A stretch of DNA of 64,000 nucleotides from Moniliella sp. 'wahieum' (lineage: Eukaryota), in the NCBI GenBank assembly GCA_003971905.1, contig RSEE01000014.1:62001-126000 (forward strand), given 5' to 3'. Of this stretch, positions 25,416-37,579 are shown in pieces (the stretch's first letter is position 1; every line of letters begins with the position of its first letter). A program made the position numbers and the translations under genes. Under the pieces are notes generated by a model, which made no database searches, was not told the origin of the DNA, and saw only the letters and a list, made by a program, of their open reading frames with translations.

Positions 25416-28400
25416 TTAGCCTTGGGTCGCTGCAAAGTCGGCCAAGACATCAATCACGTTTTGCGGCGCATCAACGTGCCAATGTGCCATCGTTTTCCTG
25501 TTGGCCGGGCCGACGGTGACGGTGTACAAGCTGATGGGGCGGTGGGTGTCGAGGCGTGCGACTGGGCCCACGGGTGGGGCACCGATCGCCATAGCCGTCT
25601 CCCAAGGGTGCGCGGTAGGCTGCAGCTCGGAATTGGCTAGGTCCTCGTCCTCGGCCCAATCAGGTTCCGCACCGAGCGCGGCGGCCAGCTCGCGGACCGG
25701 CAGAGCGCTAGTCTGGGCCGGCATGGCTGGACTCGCTGGGCTCATGGGGGAAAGAGAAGGACGGTAGGTGGGTCGTTCTTGCGCTTTCACCGCCGCCAAG
25801 GCACGGAACATGTCTTCGTCCGTCTTGTCGTCGCCAGCACAGAAAACAAACTCTGTCTCAGGATGGGCAGCAAGGATACGCTTCACAATCTCCCCTTTGT
25901 TCACCGCCAACGGACGGACCTCCAGGTTCTTCTTGCCGACCAAGACCTCGATGGGAAGGCGGTCGTAGGCCAACAGGTTTTCCAGGTGCGCCTGACATTC
26001 CTTAGCCTGGAACGAACCAAAGTCCGGGTCGGCGTTGCGGTAGTGCCAGGTGATTGAGCTCTTCTTCTGTTCAATATGCGAGCCTCCCGTGCGCTAATGT
26101 TGAAGTTAGTAACCGTCGACGGCACATGAATGCGAAAACGTGTGGGGTGGGTGGGTGGGGGGACGTACCTCAGTGTAGTACTCAAAGATGGCCCGGATGT
26201 CCTGCTGCCAGGACATATCGAAATCCTTGGCAATGTTAATCCATTCGTCTTCTCCGGGCTCTTTGAGGAAGCACCCATGCTCAGCCGAAAACCCAAGGTT
26301 GTGCAGGTGACCAAGGTGCTTGGAGAGGAACTGCTGGTCGCGTCCAGAGATGATAAAGATCACGTTCTGGGGTTCTGGCTAAGCGTCGCCAACGTTTCGA
26401 GCAGCTGGGCCGAAGGCACAGCCATCTCGGGCAACTTGACAATCGGCGTCAACGTCCCATCATAGTCGAGCAGGATCAAACGGCGACGGGTAGGAGGAGC
26501 AGGCCGGTTCCAATCGGCTTGGATTGCGGCCAGGTCGAGCGGGGGAGTGAGGTGCGACGTCTCCTCCACATGAAGGCGGTAAACCAGTTGGCGGACCAAC
26601 GTGGCGGCCCAAGTGTGGAGGGTGTGGAGAGTAACTTGGTCGTAAGCAAGTCGATGCCGGAGCGCCTTCTCATCAGGTGCCAGTGTGAGCGCTTCGTTGA
26701 TCGCCTGGGCCACCCCCAGACGTTCCAGGGGTTGACTGGATCGCTGTGCGCATCCGGCTGGCGGTGCCCGTGAATTCAGAGAGAACCAGGGGAGACTTTT
26801 TGCCATATTGTTCTTGGCAAATCACATACTCCATCGACGTTGTGTTCATCCCATCCCGCACCGACGTTACGAGCGCCAAATCGGCCACCCCGAGCAGTGC
26901 AAAGTACTCATCCCGATCAATGATGGTGGTAGTGGTGTACCGGCGCAAACGAGAGAGTGCCATACTCGGAATTGATCTGGGAGACCAACTCGCTAACTTG
27001 GCGCTCAAGCGCTGGTGACTCATGCACCGCCGGCGAGGTCACTTGGATCAACGCCACCTTACCCCGCCACTCGGGGTATTCCCGCAACAGCGTCTGGAAC
27101 GCTTGCAACTTCTGCAGCACCCCGCGCACACATCCAACTTGTCCCGTCCCACAATAATTTTCTTGCCTGCGTACAGGCGTCGGAAGGCGTCCATCTTTGG
27201 TCCCACCCCGGGTGAGCGCGCATCCTTGACCATCTTGACTGCATCAATCCCGATGGGGTTGTAGCTGATTGCCGTGATTTGCCCGTCAGCAGACTCAACA
27301 GAGTTGTAAGAGGCATCAAAGCCACAGACCCGGATGCAAGAAGAGAGGAAGTGACGTGAATAGGAAAAGGCTTGGAAGCAGGCCAGGTCAGCACCCAGCA
27401 TACCCTCAAGGATCGCTTGGCGCTTGGGTAGGCAGCGGAAGACCTCACTCGAGGGAAAGGGTGCGTGCATGAAAAGGGTGATGTGTGCCTCGGGCACCAG
27501 CTGCCGCAGGAGCTTCGGTACCAACAAGAGGTGGTAGTCATGGACAATCACCATGTCCCCCGGCACGTACTCGGCGGCGATTCGCTGAGCATATGCCAGG
27601 TTCGCCTCATAGTACGCATCCAGCTCGAGTCGTCCCAGCTCGAGCCCGTCTTGACTGGGTTCACATCCTCCCACAACAGGTAATGCAACAGCGGCCAGAG
27701 CACTGTCTTGCAATAGCCCTCGTAGTGGCCGTGTGCGACGCGCGACTCCATCCACACAGGCACATACTTGATCCCGTAATCGCCATGGCCAACCACGTGT
27801 TCGTCCTCTTCCTCTTCTTCCTCCTTGCGCTCCTCCTTGGCAGCCGAACTGATGGTGCGGTACACCTTGTGCTGCCACGTTCCTTGGGAGATGGCGACAG
27901 TCCATTCCCGTCCGCCCGCCCATCGATGGCGGGGCCAATGTCGCTGGACCACTTGGAAGGGTCCTCGAGGTCACTCAGTACCTGCTCAATCTCCTTCCGC
28001 TCCGAATCGGAGAGGGTGGCTGCGTCGGTGCGCTGGTTACCCGGTGCCTTGGCGGGAAACGTAATGTCCCCCGTCCAGCCAATGAACGTCTGTTTGTGGG
28101 TCTTGCAAAGACTCTGGACTCCACTGCTGAGCGCAGTGTGGCCACGACGAGGTGTAAGAACCCAGCGCGACGAAGCATGAGATACCATATCGTAGTCGGT
28201 TGGATTGTCCGAGGAAGGAGCAGTCGACTCCAATGGCGGAGAGGAGAGGAGAGAGTCTGGTTGTTCCGGCGAGTTCCGGGGATTTGGAGGTGAGGGGAGT
28301 GTCAGCCTCGGAGGAAGCCTCCTCTCGCTCTTCCCCCGCTGCAGCATTCACGTCAAGGGATTGGTCCATGGGGGTCAAAATGTCGTGGTGATGTGGTTCG

Positions 28401-28800
28401 GCGGACTGAGCAAGCTCGTCACGGGCCTGCGCCTGCGCCTCGCTTTCCGCCTCGGCAAGGGAGCGGACAACAAGAGGAAGGTAGTGGCTCACATGGATGA
28501 TGCGCCCGGTCAAAGGAGTGTTGCCTGGCTGGGCATTGTAAGCCTGTTCCATCTCGGCGAGGGAGGCGCGGATCTGACGAATGGTTTCAAACTGCGGGCG
28601 CTCGTCGTGGGTGGCATGGGTAGCGCTGGTAGCGATGCTGTGTCGATGTGTTGCAGCGGTCCAGAGGAGGCGTGTCGAGGGGCTTGGAGTCCTCGGCGGG
28701 CGAGGTAGGAACGACGGAGGTCAGGATTGGTGGGACCAGAGAGCTCTTGGGACGCGGCTACTGGGCTTGGTCGAGGACATGGTGGGGCGGGGCGAAGCAT
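25416..28800 (-). CDS. TPS2: Trehalose-6-phosphate phosphatase (GT20-like domain plus HAD phosphatase)
   Basis: GRIIHVSHYLP; HYEGYCKTVLWPLLHY; HDYHLLLVP; FMHAPFPSSEVFRCLP; VRDGMNTTSMEY; HAD motifs LLDYDGTLTPIV, ISGRD, SAEHG, NKG and GDDKTDEDMF. Intron near 26080-26169. Start approximate. Confidence 0.92.
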
Positions 28801-28958
28801 GGTGGCTAGCCTTGGTAGGCAAGCGGCGATGCCGCCGGGAGCAGGGAGGGAAGAGCGGGGGCTCAGCGGCATACACGCCGGGAGCAAGGATGGAAGTGCC
28901 GGCGCGCTTGCCCTGGGCCCGGGACGCGGCCTTGGCGGGGTGGGGCATGGCGGGGGGG

Positions 28959-29052
28959 CGGAGGTGGAGGTGGAGGTGGAGGTGGAGGTGGAGGTGGAGG
29001 TGGAGGTGGAGGTGGAGGTGGAGGGGAGTGGAGGTGGAGGTGGAGGTGGTGG
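28959..29052. repeat. (GGAGGT)n hexamer microsatellite upstream of TPS2
   Basis: About 11 perfect copies, followed by a few more after a short interruption. Confidence 0.9.
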
Positions 29053-30348
29053 GAGGCCAGCAGATGGGAGTGTGCTGGGGCGCATCGAAGCCAGGTGTGA
29101 CTTGGATTCTGGAGGCCTGGGCTGGACCAGGGCTGCGGCTGTCGTGCCAGATACGCGGCTGGAACACGGGCCCACTCAACCAATTTGCCTGTGGCACGGG
29201 CCCCGTCATGCGTCACCCGTCGCCCGTCGCCCGATGCTGCGGTCGAATGCGGACTTAGCTCGGTTGCCATTCCCGCGCAGCCCACGCACGGGGGCAGTAG
29301 TGCATCGTGGCACGGGGGGGGGCAGCACCACCACTAGCAGGCGCACACACCCGAGTACATCGCAATCGATGGCGGCCTCGATCGCTTCCGCTCCGCCTTT
29401 GGCCCGGCAGATCCCACGCGGACGCCCAGTGGCCAGTGGGGCAGGCCCACGTTAGTGCTTATTTGCCACCCCTGTCTTGCAGTCTGGCCAACACACTTGT
29501 TGTGCAAATCAGCCCTGTACTCAGTACCAGACCTCGGTCGCGCTGGCTTAGTACTACTGTCTCAACTGCCAACCATCGACCGTCCGCAGAGCCAGCCAGG
29601 CCACCCTGTCTGGCCCTTCCCCGCTTCTATGGCGCCCCCAGCCCGCTCCAGAAATTTACTCTCCTTCTCTCGGCCAACAAGCCTGAAACACCAAGCATAC
29701 GCCCGGTACACGTTAGTTGGCACGTTCCCGCCGTTACCGGTTACCACGTATCCGGTTTCCTTGTCATGCTCTGTTACACTAGTGTTATGCCCATTCGTGC
29801 ACCTGAATTACATGTTGATCGGGGCCTGATCGGAAGAAGTGCCGCCCGTTAACTGTAAGACCGTTGCACCTAACAGCCGCATCCCAACCAGTCATCTCGT
29901 CGGTGCGGGTCCCCTCCGGGAAAGGCCAAAAAGGAACCCAAAACGGTGTGAGAATCAGAGGGACTCTCAGATCTCAAAGATCCCCTCATGTGACGCAGTC
30001 TTCCGCTCGCGCTCATGGCCAACCCAATTGCCCCCCTTCTACGTCCCCTCCTTCCCCACCTCTTCTACTCGGGATCGCGCCTGGTAGACCACCATACGTG
30101 CATCACGAGCACTGGTGGAAAGCCAAGGAGGATAGGCCATGACGGATTGAAGCCACAATTGAACCCATTCTCTCGCCAGTTGAACCAGAACGCTGAGCTC
30201 AGCGCTCAGGCTGAGCGGCTGACCACAACCCACATACACAACACACAGACATTTTCCATGGGAACATGGGTAGCAATTGGAGTGCATATGCACAACCAAT
30301 GAGCTGGAAGAAAGGTTTGAACGCAGCAGGCCCCCCCTCGGCCGGACG

Positions 30349-32015
30349 TTACACCTGAGCTGTGGTCCGTACCCATCCATGACTCGTCACCGCCGCGTCT
30401 TCCGGGGCTGGGGTAGCAACGGACGCGGGTTCCGATTCACGAGGTGGGGGCAAGAGCGCGCGCGCTTCCCGTGCACCACACGTCCCTTGGCCCACAGCGC
30501 GTCCAACAAGCCTCCTGCTCCTGCAAGGGCAAACACAAGAGTGGAAGCGAAGAAGAAGTTGGCGTTGCCTGAGCCCGTGACGGTCCACAGTTCGTGGAAT
30601 GCAGGCAGAAACAAGAGACTGTACGCATAGAGCAGCGCGGTGACGATAGGATGACGCAAGTCTGGAGTACATGTGTCAGCCCGTTGTCTTTTCGTCTCTT
30701 TTCAGGTCATAAAACCTCTGGGAAGCTCGGACGCGCACGTGCGCGCGGAGGTGCGGGAGGGGAGGGCGAGACGTACAAGGAAATACCTCGGGGTGAAGGG
30801 AAGAAGGACCATACAGAGCAGAATCGCCGAGTGTGGGGTAGGGCTGGAAGACGGCGACAATGCCAATGAGGAGGGTGATGGCAAAGAACGGGTCGGCGCG
30901 GAACTTGATGCTGAGAGGAGCGACATAGAGGCCCAAATGGGCATTGAAAGTAAGCAGGAAGAAGGAACGGAAATGGTCAAACATTTCGGTGAAAAAGTAC
31001 CACCAGATCCCCACGTTGGGTGCCAAGTCGGTCAAGAGGAGCAAATGGGCGTAACACGCACGCCACACTTGAGCCGCCTCGCTCCACCGGTCCCCACCCT
31101 AAAGGAGAGGAGGAATAGGTTCCCCCACCCAAGCGCGAAGGTCAGGACGAGCGTCAATAGCGCCAGGGATAGTGCACCCGCCCGGGAAGAGGAGGCCAGC
31201 ATGCATACAGGTGGAAGTAGCAATAGCGGGTAGAGACGAACCACCACAGTAACTGCTAACAATGTCGCAGTAGCAATGCGCAAGGCGAGGCGTTTAGATT
31301 GGCTGGAGAAAGGCGAGGCCTCCTTGGACGAGGCCAGGGCCAAGTATACTGTCCAAGCCAGCAGCGGAGCATACAGTGTGGTTGACGACAAGGAGAGGCA
31401 GGTGAGAATGGTAACGGGGTTGAGGAGATAAAGGGCAGCCACCAGGGCGGAGCGGGAAGAAGGGTGAGAGGGAGCGCCGCCACGGGCGGCACTGGTCGTG
31501 CCAAGGGAGGTACGGCCGGATTTGCGTCGGGCGGCACTTGCCTTCTCCATCAGCGCGGCTTCGATCTGGGCCAGTCCACGTGGGCGGGCGAGCGGGCGGA
31601 GGGGCGCACGCAGCCTTTCGATCCGCAGCAGAGCAATGGCCGTCAAGATGTCGGCTGCAACAAAGAGGAGGTCGAAGAGCGAGGGCGGGCGGGCGGTGAC
31701 ACTCCACTGGGCGAACTGGAACTGGATGGGGGATGGCGGTGCGGCGACGAAAGGCGTGAGGAGGCGGACTACCAAGGGAGGGTGGTGAACGTGTGGGCTG
31801 TGCCAAGGGCCTGGTGTGCTGGTGCGCATGGGGAGGGGAGGAGGCGAGGTGGGCGGCCTCGCGCAGGCCGCGGACAGCAGTGGAGGGCGAGACGAGTTCG
31901 GTGCGGTCCTCGAGCAGCGAGCGGATGGAGGCGGGCGTCAGCGCAAAGGCGGCAACGCGCACCAGCAGGCCCACCAGCACGACGGCCCACACCGCAGCGG
32001 CGGCGGAGGCGCCAT
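30349..32015 (-). CDS. GAB1: GPI transamidase subunit PIG-U (Gab1/Cdc91)
   Basis: LEDRTELVSPSTAVRGLREA; YLLNPVTILTC; LTDLAPNVGIWWYFFTEMFDHFRSFF; QPYPTLGD; HELWTVTGSGNANFFFASTLVF. Confidence 0.92.
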
Positions 32016-32386
32016 CGCGGGGAGACGGGTGGCGAGGGGGGCATTGGCCAGGGATGCGCGCGGGAGGCTGCGGGAGACAGTGGGTGGAGGTGGGCGGCTG
32101 GCCTGGATGCGAGTGGGCTGTGAATGTTGCACGCTGGAGATTCCGCGTAGTCTGCTGGGGGCTTTTATTTATTGCCACTGGTCAGCTGGCCATCCACACA
32201 AGCCAGATCAGCTGTCCAGGCTCAGGCGCAGCCCCGAAGGGTGGATCAGCCGACCGCCGCCGGCCGCAGTCAACACCGCCATCATCATCGTCATCGTCAC
32301 CGCCACCGCCACCGCCATCGCCACTACCACCACCACCGCCATCGCCACTACCACCACCACCACCGACCCCGCCGCAACTGGCTGTC

Positions 32387-35300
32387 ATGCCGCCTCTCCC
32401 ATCACAGCAGCCCCCACACGCATCGCCGCCGCCGCCTCCGCCTCCCCCCGACTCCTTCGCCTCTCTTGGCCGCCCCCGCGCCCGCCTCCGCCGCTTGGCT
32501 AGTGAAATCGACTCGGCCTGGTCCACCGACTCGACCGACGCCTACGCCTCCAGCCCACCCCCTCTCCGCCCGCTGCGGCCCTGGGCCGAGAGCCACCATC
32601 ACCATGCCACGGCCAGCAAGTGGACGAGCATGGACCTCTTCAAGCCCCGCACCTTCCAGACCCACCCTCCCGCCAGCGCCCTCGCACACCCCTCGCCCGA
32701 GCCCGGCCCCGCCGCTCCCCGGTCCTTCTCTCGCTCCCGCTCCCGCTCCCCCTCAGGCTCCAGCTCCAACTCGGCCCCAACCGAGACGTATGGCGCCGGA
32801 CCCAGCGGCCGCCGTCGACCTCTTCCGAGCCCCAGTCTGGATCCGAATCCGACTCGGCCGACAGCCCCCGCGCCCGCCCCTTTCGCTGGGACACGCGTGT
32901 GCCTCGCATCTCTGCACACGCTGATGTTCCTCCCGCGTCCCGAGCGTCGGCGACGCGGTACAGCGTTTCCCCCATCCCAACAGGCCAGTCTCCTCGACTG
33001 CTACCGTCAGCTGCCTGGAGCTCGGCACACGCGTCCCATCTACCTCCCTCTGACGCGGGCATGCGGGCCCCCGTCTCCTCCTCACCCGAGGTCACCGCAT
33101 CTGCCCTGTGCGTGCACTAAGCCAGATCCACAAACGACTCTCGTCTCAAACCATCCGGCCCCCAACCATCTCGCCCGGGGATGAGAACGGGCTGACACAC
33201 GCCTCCGGATCCGGGTCCGGCGGAGCAGAGGGGCCCGAAATGGCAGCTGACTCCAAGACCCCGCCTACCTTGTCCCGTGCGTTTCTGCTGCCTTCTGCTC
33301 CCGACAAATTGGGCATGTTGGAGCGGATGGGTGCCTACCTTGCCGCCTACAAGGTGGACACCAACTGGTTTGCAGAGACTACGTTGCTTGTCTCGGCTGC
33401 TTTGGGCGTTGCGTATGCCCTGTACCACACAACATTCCCGCGTTGCGCAAACCGGCTTACGCCCTGGCCAGTCAGACCATTGTGGCAGTAGGACTGAGCC
33501 CCTTTCTGCGCTGGTTGGATGCACATGCATTCAGGTCTCCCGATGCGCGAACCAAAATGGATGCGACGGGCACCGATCCGGAGTTCCGTCCAATCCTCGG
33601 ACTCATGTCAATCCTGGGCTGGGAGGCAACCCCGAACGGCCCTTACCAAGGAAAACAGCAAGGCATACTCAACCCTCCCGCCCCAACTTTCTCGTTACGA
33701 ACTGCGGGACGAGACGGGAGGTCACCTACGAGAGACGGTATATCGTCCGGCCGGCGTGGCCCACCAGGACGCTCGCTACGTTTGGGGTCTTCCACCGACC
33801 CGCTTTTTCCGCGATGCCCGTGATCAAGGGTTGATTCCTGGACTGTTATGTGGTCCACTCTTGGCGTCGGCTTGTCTATTGGATGCTGTCACAGCCGAAC
33901 GGTCTGTTGCCGCTGGCCATGCAACTTCGATGGTTGGGGAATGGCGTCTACCTTCCTGGCCCGCCAAGGCCGAGTTACCTGCGTGGGCACGCTTGCCTCC
34001 TCCCTCCTCCAGAAGGGTTGGCTTGTCTTTCGTCAGCTCGTTTGGCGCTTTCGTCGATGCATACACTTGTTTTCTTGATCAACGTCATCCCATCGTTGCG
34101 ATGCACTACGCCCCAGCTCATTGGGTTTCTCCGCGCAAGACGAGTCATCGGACGCGTAACTTGCCCTGTTTTACGGCGCAATTACTTCGGCGCTTACCAT
34201 CGCAGCGCCCATGGGTCTCTTGGCTCTCTTGGGTGTTTCGGTTGCGGGCGGGGAAGCACCACTGCTTCAGGAGGGTTATCCGTATGGGAAGTGGTGCTAA
34301 CCTCAGCCTTGTACCAAACCACACTGCTCACCACTGTAGCCTTGGCTCGGCGCAACTTTACCTATGGCGAACTCGTTATCGCCGTCGCCTATGGTGTTAC
34401 GATCATGGTCGAGGCAACTAGCTTGACGATCGCACGTATCACACGGTCCTTGGCGCCCCACACCTTCCGAGCACCCAATGCGCTTCTCGTTTTGCAACTC
34501 GCTTTGATCGGGGGTACATTTTCCATTGGCTTTCTTACCTCTCCGCTTCTCTATCTGTCCCGTTCGCTTGCGCAGCGTCCCACCCATCGACTCCGTTGGC
34601 CGGAAAAGCGTCGGGGACATCGCAAGATTTTGTCCGCTTCCTTTTACACCTTGGCCGCCCTTTTTGTCGCAGCCGTTCTGGGACCTTGGTGCAGATGGTT
34701 GCTCAACACCAATCCGTGGGTATGGACAGTGCGGTTTACCTTGGGACTCGAGACGCTTGCCTCGCCCCCTGGTACCCTTGGATGGCGCGACTGGTCTGCT
34801 TCCCCGCTCGCTCTTAGCTTGGTGGGCTGCGTGTCTCTCGGCCACCGCGATCTTTTGGGCCGCCGCGACGCCCAGTGGATTCTCCAGCAGCGTTTTGTGT
34901 CAAAAGGTACCTCGGGATCAGTAGCCCCTCATAATCCACCCCACGCCTTGCCCAAACCCCCTTCCCTGTGGGGCTGGGCACGAATCAGTTCACTTTGTTC
35001 ACCCTTTGTTCGCCCTCGGTTTCCTACCCAACCCCGATCACCATACACCTCGCCATCCAACGTGATTCGTCCCTTGCCTCAAACGGAGGCGGATGGGCGG
35101 ATCCCTCATCCTGACGTTGGGGTGAACGAACCCAAAGGTCCCGCAGCGAACGTCTGCCGCTTCTCTCAGTCCTTGAGTCCTCCGACTGCATTGCCCGTGC
35201 TTGGGGACAAAAGTAAGGACGAGTCGGTACCGGCAGGATCCTTTCTACCCGACCCAAGCGGCAGGCCATTTGGCTCTCTCTTAACGCTAAGCGCAAGTTC

Positions 35301-35955
35301 TTCCATCTCCTGGCTATTGTCATGTTCATCCCTGGATTCTTGCTCAACGTACGTTCTCTTCTGTCTCTGTCTCTGTCTCTGTTTGCTTCCCCTTCCGACT
35401 TTGATCCTGACTTGTCTTCTTTCTAGCCAGCTTTTACCCACCTCGCCATGAGTGTCGCATTTGCGGTTTTCATTCTCTGCGAGTACACACGCTACTTTGC
35501 GTGTTATCCTCTCGGAGCGCCTCTCCACGTCTTCTCTCCCGCTTTTTGGATAGCAAAGACCAAAATGGCCCAGTCATCTTGTCACCCTTTACCTGCTACA
35601 AGGATGCGCCTTACCCCTCTGGCTCGAGGCTCGGCCTTCCGCGCTGGCCCGCTGCACCTCCACATTAGCCCTGGGCATTGCCGATGCGACGGCCTCCGTC
35701 GTTGGACGCAAGTTTGGTGCGACGCGGTGGCCCCAGAGTCGCAAGACGGTCGAGGAACGATGGCCTTTATTGTTTCTCTCTCTCTCGGGCTTGGTCGTCC
35801 ATGCGCTTTGGCCCGAAGGAGGGCAATCGTTTAGCCTCTCTGCTTGGATTGCGACGGCGACTGCGCTCGGCTTGTTTGAGGGCGTGTCGGAACAAAACGA
35901 TAACCTAATCTTGCCCATCTATTCGTTTGTCCTCACGTCGCTTTTCGGCTTGTGA
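32387..35955 (+). CDS. SEC59: Dolichol kinase with long disordered N-terminal extension
   Basis: RDQGLIPGLLCGPLLASACL; RRNFTYGEL; LNAKRKFFHLLAIVMFIPG; ILCEYTRYF; LDSKD.GPVILSH; GIADATASVVGRKFG..RW...KTVEG; QNDNLILP. Intron ~35349-35430. Confidence 0.9.
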
Positions 35956-37579
35956 GGTGCCGGGCCAGTGCATATCTGATCTGTTTGGCGTTCCTTCACC
36001 TTCATCTTTCGCCCCTCCCCCGCCGCCATCTTCTTTCCTTCTGTCCTTCTGTCCTTCCGTCCTTCTGTCTTCCATCGAACCTTCTGCCTTCTATCGGGAG
36101 GCAGGTCTGTACGGCACTGCGTCCTGAGTCCCTGTGTCTCCATCATGCCGTTGCAGTGTCGCAGCGATGCGATCAAGTATGTGGTTTGGCCTTTTGTATT
36201 TGTTTCCCCCATTCATGTCTCTGTCCTCATCTCCTCCGCATGAAACCTCATTGGCATCATCTTGTGATATGCATCTCGGTCAGATTTCCTTCCCACTAGT
36301 CTTTGACAACACCTTAGTTTCCACCGTCCCTGTCTCTGCCATCAGTAGTCGGGCGCGTTTCTTCCTATTACTTGTACACCCGCACCAACACCCAACCGGT
36401 CCAATCAGCCGCTGTGGCTGAATTGGTGGGCGAAAGTCGCTCGCACATGTATTCCTTTGCAGACGAGACACAAGTGAGCTCTATAGCCCTACAAGGCTTG
36501 TACTGTACTATCCGTCCACTCTACTGTGTTCCGCCATCTTGCGGCTAATGTCCTGTTTTGTAGCAATTCCCATCATCACCATCCAACGGCAGACTTGTAC
36601 AACACTAGTAGTACTATGTAGGGCTCATCCGAAAGGGAAAGCAGCAGCCGGGAACCTGTTCAAGAAAGGACTAGATGTTACATGTTACACGATACCCCCC
36701 TCGTACTTCCAACAGCCTAACTATCAATCCGTATCGGATTCCGAATGGATATGAATGATCCCACTTCTGCCCATAGCGTTGTCAACGAGATGAACCAAGG
36801 TCTAAACCGATAGAATCCGCCCGCCATGAATCGACCGAATGAGAGAGAGGGCGCTTGGGCTTGAGAGAACTACGAAAGACGTATATGTATACGGCCAAAG
36901 GTACGGAGCTAGTGCGATCCGACGGACCAACCATACACACACTGCAAGAGACATTATAGCTGAGCAAAACAATCCAGTAAAGACATAACCGTCGCATCAA
37001 CAAGGCGAAGAACGAAATGGGCAAGTGCAGGGGCGGACAAGTGTGAATCGATAGCAGAGAACCGATTCAGGGAGGAAGGCGAGTATATAGGGCAGATATG
37101 GTCGGTTTCGGAACCACTCGAGCCAAAGGTGCGAAATGTACGGGCAGGCCAACGGAGCCCCCACAGGAGGCCCGTATAGTGCCGTAGCAAGCGTGACACA
37201 ATGCGGTGCCCAGCCTCAAGCCAAAAGCTGGAAGAGAAGCCGGATACCGTCTCATGCATGCGTACGTCGAAACACGACAGAGGGCTCCTCCTTCTTCATC
37301 CTCCTCGTCAAATATGGAAGCCAGACGCCACAGGTCCTGGGAAAGTGGAAGCTCGTCAACCATGATAGGCAGCCCAGTCGCGCCCTCCCCCCAATCGGCA
37401 GTCCCATGCATGGTCCATCACAGATCATTAAAGCATTGCTCAACGGGGTTTCATGCTTGCGATCATTCAAGGCAATATTATCCACAAACCTCCGAACCGA
37501 TGACTTGCAACCGAACCAACCAAAACAAACGTCATTCCCATCAAGGAGGCACACGAAACGCAGATGGCAGGTAGAATCC

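Noticed and set aside
36780..37500. Possible gene downstream of ATG1
   Set aside because: Only short ORFs with no recognisable domain or consistent coding signal.
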